Below, in pieces: positions 13,818 through 27,356 of a stretch of DNA of 64,000 nucleotides. A program made the translations under genes and the position numbers. Under the pieces are notes generated by a model. That model ran no database searches. It was given only the letters and a program-made list of their open reading frames with translations, and was not told where the DNA came from. Position 1 is the first letter of the stretch, and every line of letters begins with the position of its first letter. Source of the DNA: Octopus vulgaris (Eukaryota); contig OX597814.1 in NCBI GenBank assembly GCA_951406725.2, positions 151,528,001 to 151,592,000 of the forward strand, in the 5' to 3' direction.

Positions 13818-14300
13818 CGGTAACAACACCAAAATAATTGCTACCTTCAAGGACGCCAATATCAACAACAATAGCACCAGTACCAACAACAGCGGTAGCA
13901 GCAGCGCGAAGATTAGCAGATACAACATCGCCAACGCTCGCGCGAAGAAATACATCGGATGCTCCGATAACACATTTAAGCGACGCCTCTCCAACCACAG
14001 GTCCTCTTTCGGGATACTGGAAAGAAGATACGCTACATCATTAGCCAGCCATGTATAGCGGCTGAAGGACGAAGGAATTCCACACGAAATATCATGGAGA
14101 ATCCTAGAAAATCCAGGCCCCTACATAAACGGGACCAAGCGTTGTAAACTGTGCCAAGCCGAACGGGCGAGGATTTTAAAGGACTCCCTCGACCCGGGGA
14201 ACATCCTTAATTTCAGAATGGAAATCTTTGGCCCCGGTTTGCACTTAAAGAAATTCCTGCTGGCGTCCTGGAACCCACACGATAATAGAGTCAATTACTA
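13818..14300 (+). mobile_element. Penelope-like element, GIY-YIG endonuclease 3' fragment
   Basis: Translates to KYIGCSDNTFKRRLSNHRSSF...ATSLASHV...ISWRILE...GTKRCKLCQAE...LNFRMEI, with a stop and a frameshift. Confidence 0.85.
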
Positions 14301-14439
14301 ATAATAGCCAAAGGTAGACAATCTCCTGTTATTGACAGAGTAACGAAGTCTTTTCCTCCTCCAATTTCTAGTGAGGTCACTTGCTACAGAGGCCATGTGT
14401 CAACAGGTTTTGGGGTCTAGTGATACGCTCTGAAGCTAA

Positions 14440-14522
14440 GCCGGTCTATGGGATTACCCTGGGTTTCACGTCCATGAAAGCGTTTTATGGACTTGAAACC
14501 CAGGGTAATCCCATAGACCGGC
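14440..14522. repeat. Near-perfect hairpin at the Penelope 3' end
   Basis: 29-bp perfect arms gccggtctatgggattaccctgggtttca / tgaaacccagggtaatcccatagaccggc plus an inner gtccatgaaa/ttttatggac stem. Confidence 0.9.
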
Positions 14523-14838
14523 CTTATCTATCTGTCTTCATATATGTATGTATGTGTGTGTGTGTTTATAGATGCGTGTCCTGCGTAAGTTAAGAAACGG
14601 TGACGAGTGAAAATCTTTTGTAAATATATAAGCTTTCACCGTATGCATTGACCATAGAAAATAGCCTAATATTGGGGCCTATAAACCCATGTGTGTGTGT
14701 ACATATATAACATGTATATATAATATATATGTACATTACACACACACACACACACACATACACACGCACATAGTTCACTATTCCGTTAACAAAAAACTCC
14801 ACGCCTACATTTATATGTACATGTGTGTGAGTGAGTGT

Positions 14839-14905
<67 letters not shown>

Positions 14906-15254
14906 GACATAGATATTTAGAAAGACCTGGAAAAGAGAGAAAAAGAGAAATGGAAAGAAAGTCATAATGTGTGTGAAGTCATTAAACACTGTCCTGAATT
15001 TGTTGACTTGGAAGAAAGACCGCTGTGCGAAAAGGTTATTAGTACAAGACTACACTATTATATATATATATGAATAATGGTGTAGTCTTGTACAATAACC
15101 ACCGATACTCACACACATCACCTTATCTTTTTATGTTTTATTTTTCTTTCAGAAACTTACATCAAATTTATATGGTTAAAACAGCAGAAATTAATTCAGA
15201 TTTTTAAAATATCATACAAACATATGTGTGTATGTATGCACACACACACACACA

Positions 15255-17489
15255 AAAGGTGCGATGGGTAAACTGTCGCCATTTTATACTTTCAATTTTG
15301 CGCATTATTTTTGATTTTGTCTATAACATAATATGGTAGGGTCAGCTGGGCACCGTCTGTGAGAAAAACAGCACCATGATGCAATTCACTCTGCCAGAAA
15401 TTTGGAAACGACATGCTGTACTACTTGGCAGTCGCGCCGGAAGCTCCAATACGAACATTTCAGAGCGCTTGAGTGTCAATCTGAGGACATGTACCGAGAA
15501 TGATAAAAATCAAACATCCAGTCAACATCATGGTGTTTGGAGTGATCACTAGTGATGGTGGCGTTATGTCTCCACTCATTATCTTACACAGTTTCATACT
15601 CAACACAGAGGCCTACATCAAGTGCTTGGAGGAGGTAGTGCTGCCCTGCATTAAAAGGGTGGCTGCTGGAAGACCCTATGCCTGGCAACAGGACTCTGCA
15701 CCATGTCACACAAGCAGGAGAACCCAGTCATGGCTGTCAGACAATTTCTGTGACCACATCACCCCTAACATTTGGCTACCTAACTCCCCAGACTGCAACC
15801 CCCTTGATTATTAGTAGGATACAGTTGAGCGAGAGATCAATGAAAATCCTTGTAGCACCAAAGATTTGGAGAAATCTTTTTCCCACGAGAATGCCGGACC
15901 CCAGTTATGAACTCAGCCAATAAGAGCTCAACTATTAAACTAATTTATGAGCACATAACAAGTGATGAGCGATAAGATAAAGTCACCTGGGTAATGAATG
16001 ACCATGCTTCTTTTCTCTTAATTATGCTTGTTCTTGTTTCAACCATGACTGCCTGTACGTAGAGGCGATTTTTTTTCTCACGAGATTTCCGGACTCCAGT
16101 AATGGACCCATTTGTATACAGCCAATCAGAGCTCACTTTGAGCTTGTTGTCAAGTTAACAAACACACTCTACCAAGTAAGCTCAAGACGAAGAACGGTGT
16201 TGTAAGTCTACCGATCACCAAGTTATGTTTGATTTTAGGAGGAGACAAGTAATTAGATTTGTATCTATACCTATTATAGGATTTTGTAAGCGCCCCATAT
16301 GGTAAAGATGTGGATGGGGAAAATGTGGGCAGAGGGTGGTGTGCTAGCAACTCTCTCCCCTTACTGTTTTACAAAGTAAACAACAACACAAATCCTACGC
16401 AGAGGCAGCCATGGTTGAAACAAGAACAACAAGCATAATTAAAAGAGAAAAGAAGCATGGTTATTCCTTAATCAATTGACCTTATCTTATCGCCTGACTG
16501 GGTGAAAATGATCAAACTTTAAACCTCTTTTTCTTTTTTTTTTCTTTTACTTGTTTCAGTCATTTGACTGTGGCCATGCTGGAGCACCGCCTTCAGTCGA
16601 GCAAATCGACCCCGGGACTTATTCTATCGGTCTCTTTTGCCGAACCGCTAAGTAACGGGGACGTAAACATACCAGCATCGGTTGTCAAGCAATGCTAGGG
16701 GGACAAATACAGACACACAAACACACACATACATACATATACATATATACGACAGGCTTCTTTCAGTTTCCGTCTACCAAATCCACTCACAAGGCATTGG
16801 TCAGCCCAGGGCTATAGCAGAGGACACTTGCCCAAGATGCCACGCAGTGGGACTGAACCCGGAACCATGTGGTTGGTTAGCAAGCTACTTACCACACAGC
16901 CACTCCTGCGCCTATAACTTTTTAAAAACATTTTTCAGGGAAAAATGTAATAACTCCAGCATTTCAGTTTGGGTAAGTGTATTATTGTGCCAACGTTGCA
17001 GTAACCTGTGAACATCGAACGATCAACATCAAGAAGGAAGAAATATTATCTACATATAATTTATTCGTTTGTCCGACAGGTAGTTAGAAACAGTAGTACT
17101 TGTAGTGATGGCGAAACTTTTTTCGATAGTGACAAAAAGGTTGCTATCTGCCAGTAGAGAGAGGAATAGTAAGGAATGCACGGTGCTGACTAGAAAGGAA
17201 GAAAGGATAAAGGTGGCTCTGCTCTGATTGGCTGTAGGCAAATAAGTTCATTACTGAGGTCCGGAACTCTCGTGGGAAAAAAAAAAACATTTCGCGTCTA
17301 GGAGATTCCGAAGTCGTTTGGAGGTCGTGGTTGAAACCATTGTCGATGTTTTTGAATAAATTTACTCTTTAGTATTTCAAGATACTTTTCTATAATGTTG
17401 ATAAATATATTTGTTAAAAAATGAGATGTCACAGTTATTTCCATTTTTGCGTAATTTAGACTATAGTTTATTCACCGCACGATGTATAT
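15255..17489 (+). mobile_element. Internally deleted Tc1/mariner (maT-like) element split by insertions at about 15868-17300
   Basis: WQQDSAPCH...WLPNSPDCNPLDY at 15500-15814; 3' end resumes near 17300 and is collinear with the copy at 34550-35397. Confidence 0.85.
16530..16913 (-). mobile_element. SINE family A
   Basis: Near-consensus copy; interrupts a repeat also seen at about 10615-10700. Confidence 0.9.
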
Positions 17490-17499
17490 GTATATTCTA

Positions 17500-17826
17500 A
17501 AAAAGACTCCACCGGTTACGACGACGAGGGTCCCAGCTGATACGATCAACGGAACAGCTTGCTCGTGAAATTAACGTGCAAATGGCTGAGCATTCCACAG
17601 ACACGTGTACCCTTAACGTAGTTCTCGGGGATAATCAGCGTGACACAGAGAGTGACAAGGCTGACCCTTTGAAAATACAAGTACAACTCATTTTTGCCAG
17701 CTGAGTGGACTGGAGCAACATGAAATAAAGTGTCTTGCTCAAGGACACAACGCGTCGCCGGGAATCGAACTCACAACCTTACGATCATGAGCCGAATGTC
17801 CTAACCACTAAGCCACGCGCCCTCAC
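17500..17826 (-). mobile_element. SINE family C, young copy
   Basis: Minus strand reads gcgcgtggcttagtggttagg (A box)...gagttcgattccc (B box)...gtgtccttgagcaagacacttt; CpGs intact. Confidence 0.85.
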
Positions 17827-18298
17827 ATGTATATGTATATAACTACACACACACACACACACACAAATATCTTGCCTGTAAAACCCTTTCTTCCATTTCG
17901 GAGTACGCAACCAGCTGTGTAACTTTTTCACTTTTGAATTCTTTTCTCCTGGATTCTAAATTTAGTTTGAATGTAGGATATTATGACTCCGTCGAAAAAT
18001 TATTTCCTCATATTCTGTTCATTGTAATATTGCTGGGTGCCCGCTTCTTACACGGCTCAAACGGTATATTTCATATGGCACTATGTCTACAAAGAGAAAC
18101 AGGATGTTGTAGCGTATGTAGGAAGGGCAAGTGGAAAGTCTCCCCCGCGTTGCTAAGTCTACTGTATAAAACTTGTGTAGGCTGTACTGTTGGAGGATAG
18201 GGTGGGGCATAAACAACAGCTACTCCGGATGACCGACAATCTAGCTATACTACTCAAAGGATGGTTAGGACAAGAATGTCTTCAATTTTAAGTATATT

Positions 18299-18837
18299 TG
18301 TAACGGGAACTAATATAGCTTCACTGCACTTTTAAGGTGCAGTTGGTGCATACAAATTACCGTTGCTTTAATATCCAGATTCTACAGTCAGAAACAACAA
18401 GACGCAAACGTAAAAAATATATATCTACTTTATTCTCTTATGACAGTAACCAATAAGTGGTATATCTGGTTCCGCTTGGTATGGATGTGTCAGAGCTGAA
18501 CTTTATCGCTTGTAAGATTTTACAGTGTTCAGCCGCTAAAACAGAACTGTGGTCAAAATGGCGTCCGGAGGGAGAAGATGATGTGGTCTGCAACAAATAT
18601 CAGGATTGAAAATCTTCTGCTGCTATATCAAGTCCGGACAGAGAGAGCGACACGTCTGGTGCCTTCGGCCGCTGTGTCTCAAGTCAGCCTACTGCTGCTA
18701 TGTCTCTCCGGACCCTTTTAAGGTTCACGCTCCCTTGCCTCGGCTAACTGCCACGTCAGCAAAACTCCCTCTTCCGGCCTTCGCGTATGCGCGAGAGGGC
18801 GTTGCGCGCGCGCGCGCTGTTGGATAGCGTCACTACA
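18299..18837 (-). mobile_element. Solo LTR (Gypsy-like), 539 bp
   Basis: TG...CA termini (TGTAGTG...CCGTTACA on minus); perfect 4-bp TSD TATT at 18295-18298 and 18838-18841; TATA-like cttaaaag and AATAAA on minus. Confidence 0.85.
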
Positions 18838-19301
18838 TATTCGATCAAGGGTGTCATCAATGACCTATACTGGTGGAAAGTGCAACCACGTCTCCCTCAA
18901 ATCATACTACGCTACCTTATGTATGTATATTGTATATGTATGAATCAACAAAAAAGAACTTTATGCCATAACACGACCTGCTTAAAATAGTAGCTTCTAT
19001 ACACATCTGCATGTGTCTGTATACATACATAAAATGGCGGTGCCTCAGCATGGCCACAGCTCGTGAGTTGAAATTAGATAAAATAAAAGACAGACTTAAT
19101 CCGTTTGTACGTCTTGTGGGCAGTAAAGAAATAGGTATGGGATATTGAATGGTCGTTTAGCACCAAAAAGGTGGACTGGAGGGGGGGAAGACCCATTGGC
19201 GGGGGAGTGCAAGTAGAAAGAAAGAGGAAGTGTAGAGATAGAAGGCAATAAAGGTTGACAGGAGGTGGTTAACAGTGATGGAGACAGGAAGAAATGAAAG
19301 G

Positions 19302-19801
19302 GGATCTTTTCCTTTTGAACGGCAGTTTTCAACACAATTTCTAGTTAACTAAACACTTTTAAACTTCGTATACTGGTAGAATGTGTTTATAAAACATCAT
19401 TTTCTCTTGGTTTTATTGAGAAAATTCTATAGTTTGTAAGATATTTCGTCTGAAATTTCGAGCATTTCGGTAATTTTAACCAATCGATTACCTCCATTGA
19501 GCTTAAAATGTTACACGCGTAACAATTAAATTAATTTAACAATTAAGAAAAAAAAAATTAGGGTTAGGGTTAGTGACAGGATGTTGTCTCAGTTTTAGAC
19601 GCAGCAAATGATTCTAGCTAAATAGAGGGCATAGGATTGGTTAAAATTCGAAAAATTAAACTACGCTAAACAAACGAATTACAATTTTATCAAGAAAGCC
19701 AAGAGAAAAAAATGTTTTATTTTGACACATTCTACCAGTATACGAAGTTTTAAAGTGTTTAGTTAACTAGAAATTGTCTGCCGTTCAAAAGGAAAAGATC
19801 C
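19302..19801. mobile_element. 500-bp MITE with long TIRs (Merlin/MULE-like)
   Basis: TIRs GGATCTTTTCCTTTTGAACGGCAG extend imperfectly for well over 100 bp; perfect 8-bp TSD atgaaagg; central TTAGGG repeats. Confidence 0.9.
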
Positions 19802-20249
19802 ATGAAAGGTAGTAAAGAGAGAAAAGATGTGTAGATAGAAAGAACGCTAGAAATAGATAGAGAATGTTTTACAAAGAAGAGGATTGGAAAGGTTAGAAAA
19901 CGGAGACAATGTCCACCAAATGTTGAAAGCTGTGTGGGGTACCACTGAGTAAGAATAGAAGCGGATGTCTGGCTTTACAAATATATTTCGTAATTTCTTT
20001 TGGTTTACAATTATTTATAGTTAAACGTTTCCTTTCAAGGTTTTTACCTTCAAACAACTTTTTCATGCTCATTTTGGACTTAACAACCTATATGAGAAAA
20101 TCGTTTTGACTGAAAGAATTTTGAAAGGGTTTTATTTTTAGACTGGGGTCAAATCCATTCAACCAATTACAAAGAGCTTGGGAGTGGTACTGAAAGATGG
20201 AGAGAAGTATTATACATTTTAACTGGGTGGCAGCTGTCTTCAATATATT

Positions 20250-20652
20250 TCTTTAGTACCCACAAGGGGCTAAACATAGAGGGGACAAACAAGGAGTGAC
20301 GAAGGGATTGAGTCGATTATATCGACCCCAGTGCGAAACTGGTACTTAATTTATCGACCTCGAAAGGATGAAAGGCAAAGTTGACCTCGGCGGAATTTGA
20401 ACTCAGAACGTAACGACAGACGAAATACCTATTTCTTTATTACCCACAAGGGGCTAAACACAGAGAGGACAAACAAGGACAGACATAGGTATTAAGTCGA
20501 TTACATCGACCCCAGTGCGTAACTGGTACTTAATTTATCGACCCTGAAAGGATGAAAGGCAAAGTCGACCTCGGCGGAATTTGAACTCACAACGTAACGC
20601 AGACGAAATACCGCTAAGCATTTCGCCCGGCGTGCTAACGTGTCTGCCAGCT
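20250..20652 (-). mobile_element. SINE family B, dimeric
   Basis: Reverse complement of the 8371-8770 type. Confidence 0.85.
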
Positions 20653-21169
20653 AAGTAATGCTATATATTCAAAATTAACCATACATGCTGGTTTTGTTGT
20701 TGTTATTGTTGCTGCTACTGTTGTCATTGTCACTTATTTTTTTTGTATTTTGACACTACTTTCCTTCAGAAGTTAGTGGTCATTAACTCCATAGGGAATT
20801 TTTTTGCCAGCTTCATCACTTTTTTTGAAACGAGAGCGAACTTAAGCATTTTATACCGACAGATTTTAGACACTTTTTTCTGAAGCTGATAAGATTATGT
20901 AGGGGGTGAAAATTTTGATCTTGCACCCCCTGAAAATTCTAAGGGTGCAGGCTCACCCGCTGCACCCCCTGTTCCCGGGCCCTTGATTGTAGTATAAGCT
21001 AAAATTTAAGATACTATGATTCATGCTTATGCAAACTTCTACTTAGACATTAATTGCTCACAATTTTCTTACTCATCATGAGTAGAGATAACCTATTCCT
21101 TCAATCTTCAGAATGCCAAAGCTGATCTTTATACTATGCAAATGAAACGGGTTTTTTTTTTCTTGAAAG

Positions 21170-21620
21170 GTATGCAATCCCGTGTTTTTATCTTACGAGG
21201 AAGGAATAACATTCTTGGGTTCAGACGATATGTGCATCTCTGATCACGAGCAGAAGTAGTGGCGGGAGCATCATAGCCATGTGTTAAAAGGAATTATTTG
21301 GGGTTTGGATAATTCACTCCTGGAAACCTGGGTGCTTCATTCAATATTCTTAAACAACTCTTATTCAGGGACCTTTTGAGCGGGATGTGCTACTCAACCT
21401 GAAGAAAATTCTAACTAGGCCCCACCTGCAAGGTCATGCACTGTTTATCTTTATATGAGATCACCATGTCGTGCACATATGGTTGTGATGCATGTGTCTG
21501 GTATTCCCATACCAGACGGGTAGTCGTGATGGGTATACTGGGCTTCGTACATTTGTACTCCAATGTCAATTTGATGACATGCAATGCTCTCTCACTCAAT
21601 AATAATAATAATAATAATAA
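21170..21620 (+). mobile_element. Probable LINE 3' end with (AAT)n tail
   Basis: Complex sequence ending ctctctcactc(aat)n; clade not determinable. Confidence 0.45.
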
Positions 21621-21779
21621 CTACGAACGTAAAAATTTGGCAGAAATACTGCGAGGTATTTTGTACTACTCTCCAACTATTCAGCCAGCTTGTAATCTTA
21701 AAAATACCACGGCCATCCTAGCTCCTGAAGTAAAAGCTCTCTCTCTCTCTCTCTCTCTCTCTCGGTCGTCTTCTTTCAG

Positions 21780-23050
21780 TCTACAGAGCAGACCCGTTCA
21801 CTAGGAACATGCTGGCCACTCTCATCCACCTTTCTACAAATTCACTGGGAAACAACACTTCCCATCCACCCTCAATTTGCTTGTCAAGTCAAACTTGAAA
21901 TACTTAAAGAGAGCTTGGCCAAAGAGGAAGGTGTATCGTTTAATCTCGTCTACCACAAAACCGCTTTCGTCAAAGCCAGTACACAGGTGATGACTACCTG
22001 CCCTTCCCGGACAAAGGAAAGCGGCTGGACGATCTTCACACCTGGTAACCTGATTTATCTCATACGCAACAGTAGCTGTTCGATATAAATCTACAAGTCA
22101 GCAATGCTCGGACACTGAACGAGTGTGGGCAAAACAGTTTCGTCACTTTGCACGCATGCCAGGCAAGCTCCGCTGACAGGACACCCATGCCCCACGACAC
22201 TATTGAACGACATAGACATACTTCTCTAAGTGATGAGCTGCAAGCCAACCGACTTTTCTCTGCTTGATTTAGCTCATGCAGCCACCTCGTAGTCCCTTAG
22301 AACAGTGGCGATCACTTTGATGTACTTAGCGTCCAATGCTATTACAGTGACATGGTCCGCATATGCCAACACAGATCTTCCCCATCCTAGTTCTCACGAG
22401 ATGCCTTTCGATGTCTCTGATTTCCGCAGTAGTGACTCGAGGACCAATACATACACGACAAGTGGAGAGACAGCTTTGAAGGCTCAAGTGCATATATTGA
22501 ATGACACCGATAGGTGACCATTCACCCTATCCATCGAGTAGAAGTCACCCTACATTATAATGATCCAACCTTTGAAGATGAGATTGAAACCAGCTGCTGT
22601 GAGGACAGCCATCAAGTATTGGCAGTTGAAAGCTTTCAATTGATCTAAGTTTGCCAGAGCCCTACTCGTGCTAGGTTCTTTCCCAGCCCTCTCTATGAAG
22701 CGGAGGTTGCAGTGGACAGATCATCAATGACAAGCGCCAAACTCTTTGCTGATACCTTAGGTAAAATCTTGAAAACATCAATTATCAATGTGGTTATTCT
22801 TGCCCAGGTCTTTTCTTAGCAGCTCTACCCTTTTTTGACTCACAACAATGAGGATTCTCCTGTTCTGCTGCCAGTTGCAGTAGACATCTACCAAGAGATC
22901 ACTGAACAAGTCTGGCATATAAATGCAAAGGGTGTAGGACCGATCATCAAAGCCAAGCTAACTTTTCCTGGATTTCGGTGGGTGTTTTTAGTTTCCTACA
23001 ATACTCCATCTCTACTGCCTAGAGTAGCAGGCTGTTGAGGTAGGCATTAA
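21780..23050 (-). mobile_element. Decayed L1/Tx1-clade LINE reverse-transcriptase fragment
   Basis: Minus-strand LDQLKAF, LSPLVVYVLVLESLL (compare PLSPLLYVLALEPLL) and SVLAYADHVTV (YADD box) segments. Confidence 0.7.
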
Positions 23051-23758
23051 AGTCCATCCTGCAATTTGACCTGCCACTCGCCTCAAACAGTTGAACTAGA
23101 TACTGCTGAAAAGCCACACAGATCTGCTTTGATTCAATTAGCACACACTCACCATGGTCAACCAAAGACCAAATTATTATCTAATGCTATTTTGCACCTC
23201 TGCCACCTGGGACCATCAAACAGTTTTCATTCCTTTGTGCTTTAGTGCATGCACCTTAACTCTGACAATGCAGACTTCAGGCTTCATGTTGAAGAATTGG
23301 TTAAGTGTCAATCTTGCTGCAATCACATCAGTCATTCATTCACATATTCTTTCCATGCTAGCATAGCTAACACAAGAGGTAGTTAAGGTAAGATTTTTAC
23401 AACTGGATGCTCTTCCTGTCACCAATCCTTACCTGCTTTTCGAGTGGATTTTTCTAGAGAAATTAGAATGCAGAGAAGTAGCAATTGATTTGTTGATAGA
23501 AGATGTCTACACAATATTACTGCTCTCAGTTCAGCCATAAATGATAATGTCGCCATTTGTAATTGACCTTCAAACAGTGATAACATTTGTAGCAGTAGTT
23601 CCGTGTAGTTGTATGATGACTAAAGCTTGAACATTTTTGACTGTAGATATCCTGAAATAGGACTAACCCTAGGCTAAGAAACAACATTTTTTACATTTTT
23701 TTTTTAAGGCAAAACAGTGCAAGTTATATGAAGTCAATAATTTGCACTTTTAATTTGT

Positions 23759-23798
23759 ATTTCAATATTTCGAGGTTAGGAGCTCTTCATCAGGAAAT
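23759..23798 (-). ncRNA. Minimal type I hammerhead ribozyme-like motif (Penelope type)
   Basis: atttc CTGATGA a gag ctcctaac ctc GAAA tat t gaaat: stem I, core, stem II and a very short stem III. Confidence 0.55.
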
Positions 23799-24012
23799 CT
23801 TAGAGAAATGGTGTTACAAGCTGACTTCTCTGTTCTGTAGTGTATGTATATGAAGGGTTGCTTTGCATGCTATAGAAGCCAATCAGCTGGATACAGTTTA
23901 ACTCTGTTGCTAATATGTATATTGGTCTTGTTAAATGTTATTATTTGGTCAAGTTAAAATATGTTAAAAAATTGTATGACAAGTAAATTTTCTTTTTTAA
24001 TATTTTCATTAA

Positions 24013-24230
24013 CCCTTTGGCATTCAAACTACTCTATTAATTCCAATGCTTATTTATTCACATTGTTTAGAATTAATTATGTATTATCTCATACCTTTGA
24101 AATTTTGATAATATGATTGCTTATTTTTAGAATGACACTGTAAGGTAGATGTAAGAGTTTAGACCTGCCAGTTTGAACATAAAATGGTGGAATATTTGGG
24201 CCAGATATGGCTCATTTAAATGCTAAAGGG
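24013..24230. mobile_element. piggyBac-like MITE family 1
   Basis: TTAA|CCCTTT...AAAGGG|TTAA; relatives at 32903-33123 and 58697-58917. Confidence 0.8.
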
Positions 24231-25785
24231 TTAAATCAATATACCATTCTTGATGGCATAAAAGACAAAGATGTACCCCAATTTCAGCAGTACATATTCA
24301 GGAAAAATTTTTTTAGTTTATTGCAGGCCTGACTTTGCATACCCATGTGATTTTTTTAAAAGAATTTTTGAGAAAAAATAAATGTTCACCTAATATGCCA
24401 TCAAATATGGAAATTATGCTTGTCAACACAGAATTTTGTCTGTGATAAAGCCTGAGGTTATAAAGAAAATAAACCAAGGGAAAAAAAACAAAACTATGTC
24501 AAAAAGAAAAGAAAATTATTTTTTGAAAATAACTTATTCCATATAATTAAACATTAAAATAGTTAGTCATCGTCTCATACCTTGATCACTGAGCACATTA
24601 AAACAAAAATTCAGAATACCTTCCGAAAATATTAATTTATTACAATTCCATTCGAAAAGAAAATTATGAAAAACAAAAGAAATCATTTGTTTTCTATTTT
24701 AATCCACAAAATAATAATTTAAAAATAAAAAGACCTAAATTATATATATATATGCGTTATATATATATATATGTATTACATACACATATATACATATATA
24801 AAAAACCATGTATAAAGTGCATAAAATATATTGAACGAATGGCAAGTGTAAAAAAACATAAAATCATTTAAACAAAAAAGAAAAAAACCCATTAACAAGA
24901 AAATAGACATCTGAAGGGAGAAAAATATAACAATATTAAATAAAATCACAAATTTTACCTCATATTTATATAGTAAATAAATAGATGAATAAATAAATAA
25001 ATGGCCAGTTTCATTTCCTTATGACTGTGTCTTTTATGTAATGTTGTATTGGTTAGTCTTGATTCCATTTTAGCAAACAATCTACTGTATTTTCCATCAT
25101 ATAAGACACAGATTTTTTGCCCCCAAAATATGTACCTAAAACATGAAATCACTTTAAAAATCATTTTCACTAAATGTTATAATAAAGCATATACCCCATA
25201 AAATATCTCTGTAACAATAGGGGTGCATCTAATTCGATGGCAAATATAGTATATAAGAGTTACATTGGACAAGAAGACTTACATAAGATTAAGAAATGAC
25301 AAGGCACTGGTCATATTTTTAATGTTTATCAGGAGAAAAATAATGCCAAAAACCGGAAAAAAAAAAAAAAAAAAAATTACCCCAAAATACAACTGACCAC
25401 TACAGGCATGGATGTGTGGTTAAGAAATTCACTTCCCAGTCAGACGGTTTCAGGTTCAGTCCCACTGCATGGCATCCTGGACAATCTTCTACTGTACCTT
25501 CAGGCCAAAGAATGTTTTGTGAATGAATTTGATAGATGGATCCTGTGTGAAAACCTATCATATATATATGAACACAAAGACGTATACACATACGCATGCA
25601 CTTACATGTCCACACACACGCACACACAGGCGTACGCATAAGTGTATGTGACTATATGCATGTTTTTATGTTTATGCTTGACTTTCACTACTTGACAACT
25701 AATGTTAGATGCTTGTATACCTGTAACTTACAGGTTCAGCAAAAAAAATAAATAAATAAAAAAAAAACGACTGATAGAATAGATG

Positions 25786-26165
25786 GAGGAGTGGCTGTGT
25801 GGTAAGTAGCTTGCTTACCAACCACATGGTTCTGGGTTCAGTCCCACTGCATGGCACCTTGGGCAAGTGTTGTCTACTATAGCCGACCAAAGCCTTGTGA
25901 GTGGATTTGGTAGACGGAAACTGAAAGCTGCCCGTTGTATATATGTATATATATGTGTGTGTGTCTGTGTGTCTATCCCTCCAACATCATTTGACAACCG
26001 ATGCTGGTGTGTTTACGTCCCTGTAATTTAGTGGTTTGGCAAAAGAGCCCGATAGAATAAGTACTAGGCTTACAAAGAATAAGTCCTGGGGTCAATTTTC
26101 TGGACTAAAGGTGGTGCTCCAGCATGGCCACAGTCAAATGACTGAAAACAAGTAAAAGAGTAAAG
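25786..26165 (+). mobile_element. SINE family A (preceded by a more decayed copy at about 25404-25750)
   Basis: Matches the family consensus with CpG decay. Confidence 0.85.
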
Positions 26166-26420
26166 AGAGACTAAGTACCAGACTTACAAAACGAAGTCTG
26201 ATGTCAATTTGATTGACTAAAACTCTTGATGCTGTTACCCCAGTATGACCACAGTCCAACGATGACAGAAAGAAGAAAAAATACTAAAATAACAAAAGAA
26301 TATTTTTGTTCAACTGTTTCATTTCCCAGTAATGAACTCTGTGTATGAAAGAACAAAGCTATTGCAAATATCATACAGAAATGAAAATGACAAAGTCCGT
26401 ACTGGAGCAAAGATGTTTAA

Positions 26421-26621
26421 CCCTTTCATTACTGTATTTATTTTGAGATGCTCTGTGTTTCATTCAATTAATTTTAAATATAACAAAGAATTTAGTAAAA
26501 GAACTTAATTATCATTAAACTAGTGTTGGGAACATAAATTGTGACTAAGGTTTGGTGGAAGATTTTAATTCAATACTTATGAAAGTAAGAGGCGGTTTTG
26601 GCTGTGTTGGTATCAAAAGGG
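26421..26621. mobile_element. piggyBac-like MITE family 2
   Basis: TTAA TSD and CCCTTT/AAAGGG termini; relatives at 29552-29771, 29841-30029 and 32515-32725. Confidence 0.8.
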
Positions 26622-27356
26622 TTAAAGAGCTTCTCAGAAATTAGAAAAAAATCTAGAAGTTACACACCTAAATACAATGTAGAAAATGTTTTTGGTACAT
26701 TCAATTCCTAAGAATAAAAGTAAACATTATAAATACCAACTTGAGGCAGAAAAGAAGTAAAAAGCTCATAACAGGACTTCAGCCACATATATATTGCTTA
26801 TCAGGTAACTATTTTACTGATGATGCAAATAAACTGCCTGCAGCACATTCTTCTCAAATCAATTCTTTAATGCTATTTTAGCTATACAATAGATCCATTG
26901 TTTTGAATCCTTTCATGAGTCTATTGTTCTTTTCAAGCTGAAATTGGTGCCAGTTTTGTAGACAATAGTAAATATTACCAAAAATGTTAATCAATTATTT
27001 GTGTCAGTTGGCATTCCTGCTTTTGTATTGTATTTTATACACCAAGGCTGATATGTTTAGAACATATTTCACACTTGACAACATTCTCCACAGTTTATGG
27101 ATCCAAACACTGAGGAAGCTGCACAACACGTTGGCTTCTGTTACATATGAACAGATATAAGAACTCTAACATCCAACTGTGGTTCAACAGAAGTATTATA
27201 AGAAACATTATGAAAAATACATTCATCAAAAGAACTGTTTCTGTTTGCAGATTTTATTAAGCTTTCTTGTAATCATCAAGTTTGTAAGTTTTAACAGGAC
27301 ATGGTGGACGATCTTTGATATCTTGCAAACAACTTGCACATGCAAGTGCTACCAGT

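Noticed and set aside
18483-18570. GGATGTG start and hairpins suggestive of 7SK or telomerase RNA
   Set aside because: No GATC motif pair and no CTAACCCTAA template; the segment lies within a solo LTR with a TSD.
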